From Proteromonas lacertae (lineage: Eukaryota): 64,000 nt of DNA. Position numbers and translations under genes: made by a program. The stretch lies in NCBI GenBank assembly GCA_002245135.1, contig NGBS01000324.1:1-64000 (forward strand), written 5' to 3'. Positions 28,687 through 42,279 of this stretch are shown one piece after another. The stretch's first letter is position 1, and each line of letters starts with the position of its first letter. Under the pieces are notes generated by a model, which was not told where the DNA came from, made no database searches, and worked only from the letters and a program-made list of their open reading frames with translations.

Positions 28687-29790
28687 AATAAGAATAAGAA
28701 ATAGTGTTTCTTTGTATAGGATAAAAGAATGAAAAAAGAAAGTTATCATAATACCCCCTTCAATAAAATCTTTTTTTGAATAACTGATTTTTTAAAGTAT
28801 TATTTATATCTTTGAAACGTTTTTTTACGATAACTACAAATAATAAAATTAAAAAAATTTGTTAAGATGTACATCTTGCATTGAGCTATCGTATAGCGTA
28901 GTTTTTTTTGAAATTTCCTCATGTTGCCAATTTAGTTTATTTTAGATTTTTGTTATTTCTATTGATTGGTTTATCTAAAAATAAAATAAGTGTGTAATCT
29001 TTAAGAATGCTTTACTTTTTTGTAGGAGTAACAAAAAACTGGCTACTGCATATCAGTTTTTGTTCCTTTTTATGAGTTTTTTTAGATTAATCAATGAGAT
29101 TTTCGAACATATGTAAGTAAATTATGAATGTTTTTTATTCTGTAGATTTTGTTGTATATACTGTAATGATCAGGTTTAAGAATTAGAGGTAGAAATTTTG
29201 GCTAGGTTATTTAATGTAAGTATATTATTTAGAATGTTAATGTAATTAATAATCATAGTTATATATTTATTATACTCTATTATTATTATTCCATAACTAT
29301 AACTCATACTCAGGTAATAAACATACATTATATATAATAAATAGTAAAATTAAGAGATTGTAACAGTTTTATTTACAATGTAACACCCAAAATTTAAACT
29401 AAGTGCTTTTATATTTATTTTTGAATTTCATGAACTTTTGTCTCACACAAATTAAGAAAATACCCTCAAATTAAGATCTACTATGATATGGTTCATATTT
29501 CATCCACATAAATACTATCATTTAAACAATTAAAGGTTGGTGATTAGTTGTGATAACCAAACACTAACCTATTACGTAAGATAATTCTAATCATGCTTTT
29601 AAAATTATATACAAAAACTATAAATTGGTAAATCTACAGTTTTGCTGAATTTAATTACAAGAGTTATTCATTATATAGTAAACACAAAGATTCAGTTTCA
29701 TTTATCATTCAAAAAAATCCCCTAAAATTAAGAATTATTAAATCACTATTAAATAAAGCCTCACATTGGATCTTTTTGATTGATTGAATC
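28687..29790. promoter_or_regulatory. Divergent intergenic region (probable bidirectional promoter) between the two giant surface-protein genes
   Basis: This is 1.1 kb of non-coding DNA between head-to-head ATGs, the longest intergenic gap in the window. Confidence 0.55.
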
Positions 29791-32700
29791 ATGTTATTAA
29801 TTCTTGCTTTATTCCTCGTTTGTTGTATAATATATATTATTTTTACTATTTTAATGAAATATAGGTTCGGCTGGAACAATAAACTGTCAAGTACACAACA
29901 GTGAATACACTTATGTGTTTAATGAAGTGGTTAATATCAATCCACTATGTGATGTTGAGGTGACATCAGCTGAGGTAACACCTGATTTACCAGCAGATCT
30001 TCAATTAGATAAGACAGGAATGATTTCAGGTACATTAGGCTCTGTGAAGACTACAAAGGTTATGTACACAGTGAAATTAACTTCAACTACAGGTGATGGG
30101 TATTCTGGTTCTTATTCTATTTACATAACTGTAAATGAACCAATCTCAAACTGTAATTATCATGTAGCGACATTTGTGTTTGTGAGAAACTATTATAACA
30201 CTTATCTACCACCAGAGTGCAATTCCAAACTAACAAGAGCAGCTATCAAGTCTGGTTTTCCAAGTGGAATTCAAGTCAATACAACAACAGGTGCTTTATA
30301 TGGTATTACAACAGATAGCAGTGGTACTGGTAGTGCAATTATAACATTTACAGGATTAGGCAATCGAGAAGTGGATGTGACAATTCCATTTAAAGTAATT
30401 GGGCCAGATGATTCAAATTCAATAATGACTCCTGGTTTTCTATTAAGAATAAAAGATGGTAATATGAACTGGAATCAATGGAGAAATTTATGGAAAGAAC
30501 TAGATACAGCTGATACAACATATGAATTTAACTCTTTAGCAACATCTGATTATAATTGTGGTGAAAGTGGAGCTTGTGCAGCTTCAAAGGGAAGATTAAA
30601 GAACTATTTCATAAAATTCACTTCAACCTTAAAAGTGGAAGAAACAGGTACTTATTTGTTTAGTTGTAATGCTGATGATTATATGGCATTCTTCATTGAT
30701 GATATGGAAAATCCCAAAACTGAAACAACATTTTGGACAATGACAAATATTGTCACAACATCTTTAGCAGCTGGCTGGCATCCAATTGGTATAATAATGA
30801 AACAAAATGATGGTGGACATGGATTACATTTGAAATGGAAGAAAGAAGGAAATAATGATTATAAGATAATTGATTCTAATCATTTAAGATATATTCCACC
30901 TCCAGTTCAATATGTTAATTACTTTAGTGATTCATTTATTGCTTATTCTGATCAACAATTTAATTCAAAACCTACCATTCAAGGATATGTAGGTAGTATA
31001 ACAGAAGCTGGTAGTTCAAAATTATCTGATATTGGTCTAAGTGTTTCTCCATCAACAGGTGCAATATCTGGAACACCAACATCGAATGATGATAGATTGA
31101 AGAATATTTTATTGAAATATGGTAATTCTGTAAGTGATTATGGAACATTTGATGTTCCATTAACATTCCAAATTGTTAGAAGAAACAAGAATTCCGTTGT
31201 TCCTGGTCTTCGAGCTAATTATTATAAATCGCCTTACCGTGGATGTGAATGGAGAGAAATAGATGGAAGTGATATTTTAACCTATTCAAGAATTGATACT
31301 ACTATTCAACATTCAACCTCTGATAAATTATGGGATGAATTAACAGCTGATTTTCAACAATATTACACAGTGGAATGGACTGGTGTAATAGTTCCACCAG
31401 CAGCTGGTACTTATACAATAACAATTAGTGCTGATACTGGAGCAAGATTAGAATTGAATAATACAATAATAACAGCTGAAGGTTCCAGTTGTGATGGTAT
31501 TAAGACAGCCACAGGTAGATTCTATTTGACTGATGATGTAAACACTATTAGAATAGTGTATTGGAAAGCTGGTGGTTCAACATCTAAATCATTCCAAATA
31601 ACCTGGTCTAGTTCTACAATTCAAACTCCAGTTGTTATTGGATCATCTTATTTTGGTCGTTTACCAACTAAGCCATTTAATTATCATTATGATATAGCAA
31701 CTTATATTAGCGGAGTTGCAGCTTCCAATAATTGTCCAGTATTTAAGAATGATAATGATAAATCTCAATATACCAAATATGAAATTGATCCTCCATTACC
31801 AAGTGGAATGGGTTTAAATAGTGATAATTGTATTAGTGGAACTCCAAGTGGTTCTTATGCATTATTAGATTATAAGATAAGTGCTTCAAATGATGCAGGA
31901 ACAACCAAAATCTCCACAACAGTAAAGATTCAAATTCGTAAAGTATCTATTCCAACAAGATTTGAATATCCAAGTGAAGGTATTACTACAACAATTGGTA
32001 ATAAAGTGTTGATTACTCCAACATTAGTTGCTCCTGAAGATAGTTTAATAACATTTACAAGTGATCCATCATTACCAACTGGTTTATATTTTGATGAAAG
32101 AGGAGCAATATATGGTTATCCAACACAATCATTCAGTGGAACAATTACAGTAACTGCAATGAATGAAGCTGGTTCAGTTGATGCAGCATTGTCTGTTACA
32201 ATCAGTGATTGTTCTGGTGGTGGTAATTTTGTATCATTAAGATATCAAATGGGTGATCCTCAAGTTGATATAACAGTAACTGGTAATAATGAAGTATTAT
32301 ATGTGAAAACATCTGAAGAACATATAGTTGATTCATTCTATCAAACATTCTTTTGTTCATCAGCTTCGTCAATTAATGTTGAGATAAGAAGTACAGCTAA
32401 GAGAGGAGGTGTAATGTTAATTAGTGGTTATGGAAATGTAGTATTTAGTAAATTTGCTTATCCTGATGGAGAATTTAGTAAGACTTATACAGTTTCAGTA
32501 GTAATGAATGGTGAACCACAAGTGACATATCCAAGTCAAATAACAGCAACAGTAAATGAAGAAATAAGAATCTATCCAACTCAAATAACTAATGGAATTA
32601 ATAGATTTGAAATTGGATTATTATTACCACTTGGTTTGAATTTGAATAAAACATCTGGTGAAATATATGGTTCTCCAAGTGAAGCTGGTACTTATGAATC

Positions 32701-35700
32701 AAAAATAGTTGGTTATAATTTATTTGACCAACAGGAACAATCAACTGAAGCAATTATTACATTTGTTATAAATGGTCAATGTCAAGGAAGTAGAATGTTA
32801 TTCACAATTGAAGCAGATGTTACTCCAGAATCAACAACATCAGTATTAAGAGTAAAGAGTTATTCAAGTAATTCTTATCTTATTGATTATGATTCTTTAA
32901 CTCAAAGTTCAAGATATCGTTATTCGAAGTGTATTAATCAAGATACATTATTAATAACGTATGGTAGTTCCAAAGTTGGTTCTAATAGTGTAACATATCG
33001 AATATATCGTCAAGGTGTTTTAATCAATACATTATCATCCAGAAGTGTGACAGAAGTGTCAGTATTATTCGTACTAGCAATTGATTCCTCAACAGAATGG
33101 GAATACTCTTCCTCAGTAGCTGGTGATGATTGGAAAACTAGTACAGGTGGTTGGTCAAAAGCTAGACCTGGTAGATTCCCAGATAGAACTGGTATAACAA
33201 CTTATTATCGAACTACATTTGATACCTCAGGTATTGATTTAACGTCATTATTGAAATTCCAATTAACAGTAACTTATGAAGCTGGTATTGTAGTATATAT
33301 AAATGGAAAAGAGTTTTATAGAAGAAATTTCAATGTGAATGTTGGAACAATAACAAGTACTACAGAACCAAATAGGGATTTTGATACAGCAAGTGCTCAT
33401 CCATTATATGGACATTCAAGATTATTAAACTCTGGTATAAACTATATAGCAGTAGAAATCCATCGAAAGAATGGTGGTAAAGCAACAGAAACATTTAGAG
33501 GTGAATTATTATATGATACTCAAGGAAATGGATTGAATTTCTTAATGCCAAATGTTGATATAACAAGTCAAAACAATTTATGGTTTTCAACCAATGTAGG
33601 TACATGGGATAGTTGGCAAAATGGTGTTGAAACTTTTAGAAAGTTGTTTGATCAAAATCTAAATTCAAAATATTTAGTTGAAATTCCAAATGCTAATGAT
33701 GGTTTAAGAGTTAGATATTCCTTCTTTGATGGCGCTGCTTCATTAATTGATGAATATGTTATAGGAACTGCAAATGACTGTATTGGAAGAGATCCAAAGA
33801 GATGGGTTGTTGAAGGTTTAAGACAGTTTGACAATTTAGATTGGACTTGGGAAAAAATAGTTGAAGTAAATGATGCAAATGCGCTTCCTGGAACTCCTGT
33901 TGGATCAATTAAAGATGATGCTCAAGAAAATACAAGAAATAAGTATAATTATTTCAGAATTCCAAATCCAAAAGATTATGTTTATGAAGCTGTTAGATTA
34001 ACTATATTTGAAATTAAAAAACCAAATGATGGTGGATGTGATACAAGAGTTCAATTATCAGAGTTTAATGTAAGAAATTATTATTCCTTAACATGTCCAG
34101 CAAAAGATGGTTATCCAGAGACAGTTATAGGACAAACAGTAAGAGTAGTTTGTCCTGATGGATATGATGGTGTAAGAACAAGAATATGTAATAATGATGG
34201 TAATTGGGGAGATGAAGATAAATCAGGCTGTTCAGCTGGTGCTGAAGCTTCAAGAATTGATTATTTCCCATCTTTACTTAGTGGAAGTGTAGGTGTTTCT
34301 ATTGAGCCAATGGTTGCTAGTCCAAATGGTATAGTTTTATCATATGAAATATCTCCAAGATTACCAGATGGATTATCTCTTGATCCAAAATCTGGTATTA
34401 TATCTGGTATTCCATCTGAAGAAGTAAGTCCACAAAAGACTTATACTGTTACTGGAAGAACATTAACGAGTAGAGTATTAGTCAATATAATGATTACTAT
34501 TAACACATTAAAATGTGAAAGTAAAACTGAATTTGGTAAAACCTATCCTGCAGTTCCGGTTGGAGGAATAATAATAGGTAAATGTCTTGATAGTTATAGT
34601 GGATATTCAACGAGTGTTTGTGTTTCAACAGGATCTGGAGCAAGTTGGGGACCTTGGGATAAAATAACTCATTGTAATGTCGGACAGTCTGCTGGCTGTC
34701 AATTTATCAATGATGTAGAAACAAAAGTAGGAGCTGTTGTAAATCAGCCAATTACATGTTCGAGACCTCCAACTACTGTAACAGTAGAACCATTCTTACC
34801 AAATGCATTGACTGTCACTACAAGTGGAAATGGTTTATTATTGAGTGGTACAGCAAATATTGCTTCAGCAAAACAAACATATACAATAAATGCAACTTAT
34901 GGAATTAATGGTTATGATGTTATTTCATTTGATTTGTCAGTTTATGAAACAATAACAAGTTGTACATTAGGATTCACTGGCTCATTACCAATCGTACTGA
35001 ATGTAGAAACAACAATAATTCCAGCAGAATGTAATTCAATAATCACATCTTATCAATCGAATAATCTACCACCTGGTTTTACAATAGATAGTAAAACAGG
35101 TTATATAAAAGGTATAGCCACAACTCCATATAGTGGTTCAATAACAGTAAGTGTATCTAATCCATCAAATACATTCCAATATCAAATCCCAGTTACTATC
35201 ACTGATAAAGTGGAAAGTCTATCAGGTTTAGAAGGATATATTACAAATGAAGGTCAAATAACAGATTTTAATACAATATACAATCAATATATGTCTGGTA
35301 GTTTAGTAACAAACAAATTACCGAATATGCCTGAGAATATAGCATCTTTACATGTTTCTGAAACAATGATTTGGCCTGGTCCAATGACAAGAAAAACATA
35401 TTATTGGGTAGTATTCAAAGGATATATGAATGTAAGATGTGCTGGTACATATTATATACAATCTGGTGGAGATGATAAAATGGCATTATTTATTGATGAT
35501 ATGACAACTCCTCAATATATTAATACTCAATGGAATGCAATTGATGAACATAATATGACATTGACATTAGGACCACATGAAGTAATGATTATGTATCACA
35601 ATGCTGAAGGTTCAGGAAATATAGGTATGAAATGGAGATGTCGTGCTTGTGGAATTAACACACTTACCCCAATAGAAGATTCAGTATTTAGTCATGGTAG

Positions 35701-38700
35701 TTTTGCACCATTACAAAGAATAACCTATCCAGTCAGTGATATAATATTGATTAAAGGTATTAATAGTGGTGAAATAAGACCAACAGTAGTAGGTGAAGTT
35801 ACATCTTGGAGTATAGACAGAGATACTCCACCAGGTGTAGTATTCCAAGATGGTATATTTAGTGGTACTCCAACAGAAGCTTATCCTCGAAGAGAATATA
35901 CAATAATTGCTTCAAATACAGTAACTGCAACACAAAAAGTATATCTTGGTACTTTAGATAACACAACAGATACAATGGCGAAAGGATTAGTAGGTGAATA
36001 TTACAGTGGAGTAATAACAAGTTGTGAAGCAATTGATGCAAGTTTAATACCTGAAAATTATGCTTTAAGATTTGAAAGAGTAGAAAGTGATGGTTTGAAT
36101 TTTGAAGAATCAGTAGCTGTTTGGAATGGTTTAAGTGGTGAATTTCAAAATTCCTACATAGCATTTTGGAGTGGTTATTTATATGTTCAAGAAAAAGCCA
36201 CATATTCATTTACAATGACATGTCAAGATTGGTGTAGTATGTATATCAGTACTGAAAAACCTTATACAGCTGAAGGATGTGGAAAAGTGACAATAGATAT
36301 CCAACTTTCTTTAAATCAAGGATTTCAATACTTTGCAGTTTCTTATGGAAAAACAAATAGTGGAAGAACAAAATCCTTCTCAATATCATGGTCTCAAGAT
36401 ACTGGTAATTTCCAATTTGATAAGAAGATTTTAGATAATAATTATTTATATCACAAACCAGAAAGTTATTTAGAATACACCTATAAGAAAGCCAGATATA
36501 TCAGTAATGTGGAAATTAAAAGAAATACTCCATTATTTGTTTCAGTAAATCCAAGTGCATATAAATCATTCAAGATAAAGCCATCATTACCAAGTGGTTT
36601 ATTTATTGATGAAACAACAGGAGCTATATATGGTAAATGTACTTCATTCTCAGTTGCAAATATTGTTTATACCATAACAGCAACAAGTACAACTGGATTA
36701 GAACCATTAACATCTAAAATCGAATTTGCTGTAGAACCAAGATATATTCCAAGTGATTTAGTATATCCTGATATAGATGGTCAAATAGGTCAACAATTAT
36801 TTAGAATGGTAAATAATGTAAAAGTTACTTCAATTATTCCTACAGTTAATAATGCTGTTAGTATATTCTATCAATTAGAAACTAAATTACCAAAAGGTTT
36901 ATCATTAGATCCATCGACAGGTGGTATTAGTGGAACTCCATTAGAGACATTTAGTGGAACAGTAAGAATCTCTGCCAGTAATCCATCTGGAAGAATAGAA
37001 GTAGATGTTAATATGGTGATAAGAGGTTGTGATGGTGGAAAAGTATTCCAGAAAATCGATTATACAATAGGAAGTGGAGATGTGAGTGTAGTATTAGCAT
37101 CAGAAAGTGGAATGAAATTCTATGAAAAACAAGGTCCACTCAATGCATTCCGAAGTTATGAATATCAAGGTTGTGCTAATGCTGGAACAAATGTATTGAA
37201 TTTCACAACAGGAAGTAGTTCATTCTTTGGTGGTAGTTATGTAATATCTGTTGATGGATTAGTAGTGAAATCTGGTTTTTATGAAGGTAAAGCAAATACC
37301 AGATATTCATTTAGATATAACAATGTAATTCAACAAGCAGTTCCAACATTGACATATGAAACAAAAACCTCGTTGATTTATGGTGAAGATTTAAGATTCA
37401 ATTTAGATGTAGTAAATGGATGTAAGAATTTCGTACTTTTAAATCCAATCAAAATACCAGAAGGTATTACATTTGATACAGAAACTGGTTTAATAACTGG
37501 CTCATCAGATAAACTCCAATTCTCTCCTCAATATAGTTTCACAGTAGAATGTAGTAATGATATTGGAACATCAAGTCCATATAAGATTACAATTGATAAT
37601 TTAGGAGGTTGTGATAATGAAGGAACATACTTCAAGATTAGATTTAAGACTGGAAAAGATGGTAATGATATGTCAGTTCGAATGAGATATTTCACAACTC
37701 AAGCTCAATTATTCTCATTAGTAAATGCTTTGCCTGATTATAGTGAGAAGACCTTAGATTTCTGCGTAATAGGTGGTGTTTATGAAGTAATTTATGGTTC
37801 TGCAAGTAATAAGAAATGGTCAAATGAAGCAAGAGTAGACATTTTGATGGATAGTTCTGAATTATATACATTCCAATTTAAAGAAGATACTGGACCAAAG
37901 ACCGAGAAAGTGACATTAGCTAACTATGCAAGAGAAACTTCATTATGGTGGTTTGGAAATACTGAACCAGAAACTGATTTATATAAATATGAATTAGATA
38001 AGAAATTATTTACCCAGAGATTAAGAGCTAATCAATTCCCACCAAGATTATCGACAACCAATTATTATGCCCTTGAATTCTACTTCAATGATGATGTAAA
38101 ACAGATTTATTCAATTGCTCAAACAGTGACATATGATGCTGGTATAGTGATGTATTTGAATGGAAAAGAATTCTATCGAAAATACTTACCATCTGGTTAT
38201 ATAAACTTCAATACAAGAGCCACAAAGAAATTTGATACAATAGTACCCAGAACAGTTTCTGCAGCTCAAATTCTTATAAACAATGGATATAATTATTTAG
38301 TAGTTGAAACACATAAACATCGAAGTAGTCAAACATTAGATCCATTTAAAATGAGTGCTACACCAACCATATTCATTGGTGATAATTGTTGGGGTAGAAC
38401 TGATATGGGTGGAATGCATGGTAGAACTAATAGACCTGATATAACTTATGAAGGTGAATTTGGACAGCATAAAGCAGTGGATTATGTAATTGATACTTAT
38501 CTTAAAACAGTATTCAATCCAGGTGAAACAGTAGAATTAGAATGGTGGTATTATAATGAAAAAGCAGAATTCTTCAGTAGATTCGATATTTACACTGGTG
38601 TACATAGTGGTAATTATGTAGCAAAAAGTTTTAAAGTATATGGTGCGAATGATCATGATGATCCTGAATATGAGTTGTTAGTTGAACAAAATAACATTAA

Positions 38701-41700
38701 AAATAGTCAATGGCAAGTTAGTAATGCTCATTTATCAAATAATTACAAATCATATCATATATACAAAGTGGTAATTCCACAAACATTTGGCTTAACAAAT
38801 GGAAAATATGAATTAAGAATTCCCGAAATAAGAGCAGTAAGTTGTACATTAACATATTGTCAACCAGATGGTATTTGGCCATTAACAGCCAGTAGATACA
38901 CAGCCACAATGAAATGTTCTGGAGCTGGTGAATCAGGTTATATTAAAAGAACTTGTAGTGAATCTACTCAATGGGGTCAAGAAGATAGATCAGCATGTAA
39001 ACCCTCAGCTACTTCAATTAGTTATAATTCAATGTCAAGCTTAGATTTCCCAATTGGTTATGAAAAATCATATTTATTAACAAGTAATGGAGGTGTTAAT
39101 AGATATACAATAAAAGGAGATTTACCATCGGGAGTATTATTTAATTCAGAAACAGGTGAAATCAGAGGTAAATCAACAAGTAAATTAACGTCTTCATGTG
39201 TAGTAAGTGCAATTATAAATGCAGAAACATATCCAACAGTGAGTATAACAATAACGAGTGACTATATAACCTGTAAAGAATTTGATGGTTATAAAGAAAC
39301 CACAGCATTTGAAGAATCATTTAAGCCATGTGATGATGGATATGAAGGATTCAAGAAGAGAGTGTGTTCACAATATTCTCCAGGAGACTGGGGAGATGAA
39401 ATCACAACAGGATGTAAGATGTTAAAACCAAGATTCTCTTTCCCCCAAACCCAAATAAGTGTGATACAAGGTGAATATAAAACAATAGCTGCAGTAGCTC
39501 AACCAGTAAAACCAAAATCTTATTCGTTAGCATTTGAAGATGGAACAGATATATCATCCTCAGGAATAACAATATCCAATGAAGGAATAATCACATTCAG
39601 TACAACAAATACATTTAATGTAAAAACATTAAAAGTGACAGGTACAAATGATGGTGGTTCAACAACAGTAGATTTATTAGTATCTTCGTTCAGTAGTGAT
39701 GGTACAACGTTTACATATAGTCAAGGAATGTCATTCCAATTATCAAAGAATGTAGAAGTAACAAGCGATCAATATCCACAAGAAAGTGTTTTAGTAATAG
39801 GAGCATTTAAAGAAGTTAAGACAGTTCCTTTATTACCAACAGGGCTTCAAATCTCAACAATAAATGGAATGGTTTATGGAACTCCAATTGCTGATTCTCC
39901 TTTAACAAACTATGTAGTGACAGCCATATCTGAAAGAGGAATATCTGTAAATGGTGGTCAATTTTCATTAAGTGTAACAACCAAATATTGTAGTGCGGCA
40001 ACTAATTATACTCAAGCTGAAGCTGGTCAATATAGTAAAAGAGATTGTCCTCGAGGATATAAAGGAAGTATTTATCGATATTGCCCATTGAAACCATATC
40101 CATTATTTGAAGAAGAAGTGAATAATTGTACAGCAATAAATCCAATAGCTTTCAGTTATCCAAATGGTGGTTCATTTACATTGACAGTGGGTATTGATGT
40201 AGTAGAAATAGTTCCAATAATCGAAGGAAATGTGAATACAGTGACATTCACAATAACATCAGGTGAACTTCCAGAAGGTTTATATTTAGAAAAGAATGGT
40301 AAAATAACAGGTGCTCCAATCAGTGAAGGAAATTCAAGATTAACAATTCAAGCTAAAGATACAGATCCAATTGAAGCATATTTAACATTAACAATAGTAA
40401 AAGCATATTGTGAATCTTCATCTGAATGTCAAAGAACAGAAGCAGGTGGATTATGTACAAAATCCTGTGGAAGTGGAATGGATGGTTTAATCACAATTCG
40501 TTGTTCATTTAGTGCAACACCTGAATGGATGGAACCTGATACAACATCTTGTATTGCTGTAGCACCTGAGTCATTCACCTATCCAATGATGAATCAATTA
40601 CCATTTTATGTGGGAATGATAAACTCTTATAAACCAAGTTATACTGGAGGAAAGCCAGATAAATATGAGATAACAAAAGGATCAGTTCCAGATGGAATAA
40701 CATTCAATATCAAAGATGGTATGTTAATTGGTTCAACTCAAAGAGAAGGAGGTCCATACACATTCACAGTAACTGCAAGTAATTCTCGAGGTTCAAAGAA
40801 TGCCGAAGTGACAATAACATCGGTATTAGCAAAATGTCCTGAAAGAGATGGATTTGAAGAAACAATAGCTGGTGGTGTAGCAACAAAGCCATGTACAGGA
40901 GCAACTGAAGTAGGTGAAATAGTAAGAGAATGTCCAAGAGAACCAAATCCACAATGGGGTCCAATACAGAATAAATGTAAAGAAGGTGCTCCAATAATCG
41001 AATATCCAGCGAAATTATTAACAGTTTATCTTGATGTTCCATTCAAGATGGAAATAGCTAGAGTTCAAGGAAATCCAACTGAATATGAAGTAGAAGGTGA
41101 TTTACCTCCAGGTATAACAATAAATCCAGATGATGGAACAGTGAGTGGAACAGTGAAACAAATGGGAGAAATAACTTCTTATGTTGTTTATGTTTATGCA
41201 ACTCGAAAGTTAGATTCAGCGATATCTAATAAATTCTTATTATCATTTGATATAGCTAGATTCACGTGTGCAAGTGAAGGAAGTTGGCCAAGTGCAAATT
41301 ATGGATATAATTCTGCAATATTCTGTCATAGTAATTACACTGGTATTCAAACAAGATCATGTAGTAGTTATAAGATGTCAGGTGATATTCCAATTGGTCA
41401 ATGGGGTAGTATAGATGACAGTAAATGTATATTGAATGAAGAAGTACTTGAACCACCAAATAACGATATAATTGTTTCATATGAGTTATTAATACCAAGA
41501 GTAGAATTATCTGATATGACTGCTCAACATTATCAAGCTTTACAAGAAACCACTACATTTGTAATTGCTAATATATCCAAATCAACAAATGCTGGAGCAA
41601 CAATAAGTGATGGTAAGATAGTGATATTATTTGAAACAACTGAAGGAGTGTCTGGAGTAATAGCTAGAACATTGATAAGAGATTCAACAAGTAATTGTGA

Positions 41701-42082
41701 AAAGATATTGAATATAATAAACAAAAACATTCAAGAATATCAAAGACAAATGAACAGTTATATAGTGAATAATTACAATGGATTCTTCTCTCAAGATTTA
41801 ATTTCAGTTTATTCAACAGGTGAATTGATTCATCCAACTTCTTATGTACCAGCCGAAGATAGTGGAAGTGGAACAAATGTAGGTTTGATAATAGGACTTG
41901 TAATAGCAGGTGTAGCTGTATTATTGATAGTTTGTGGATGTGTTTATTGTCGATTTGTAGAAAAAATATCAGTTAAAAAAGCTACAAGTAGAAAGAAGAA
42001 GCAGAACAAATTAGATAAAGAAGTGAAGAAAGAAGTTGATAAAGGAGGTATGGAAGCTAAAAAGGATGGAGTGAGAGTATAA
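29791..42082 (+). CDS. Giant type I membrane protein (~4,083 aa), paralogous architecture: He_PIG-like Ig repeats, four PA14-like domains, galactose-binding/discoidin-like domains, eight HRM-like modules, TM and basic tail
   Basis: Exon 1 is 29791..29824, followed by a 40-nt intron (29825..29864) and one 12.2-kb exon. The signal peptide is MLLILALFLVCCSAG. PA14-like motifs are FSCNADDYMAFFID and SGGDDKMALFID; a discoidin-like motif is TANDCIGRDPKRWVVEG. The TM is GLIIGLVIAGVAVLLIVCGCVYC. Confidence 0.93.
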
Positions 42083-42109
42083 ACACAATGAAGTTATTAT
42101 TATTATTTT
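41730..42109. repeat. Inverted repeat arm (~380 bp), source of the copy at 53742..54121
   Basis: The translation MNSYIVNNYNG...KKDGVRV is identical in both places, and ~27 nt of 3' UTR also match. Confidence 0.96.
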
Positions 42110-42279
42110 AATTATACTATGTTTTACTTCATTATTTGTTTTGGGGAATAAATTATAATAAACGAAGTATAAAATACTATTGAGCTTTAGAAGAAAGAAT
42201 CTAGTTGTTATTTTTTTCATTTCATATTTTTATTTTAACAAAAATAAGTATATACATATATCATTAAGACAAAAACAAA

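Noticed and set aside
28687..29790. Centromere or replication origin
   Set aside because: It is only AT-rich non-coding DNA with no diagnostic repeat, and it is not at the palindrome's centre (~32,050).
15282..41876. Short antisense ORFs of 60-160 aa overlapping the giant genes
   Set aside because: They are shadow frames with biased composition and no recognisable motifs.
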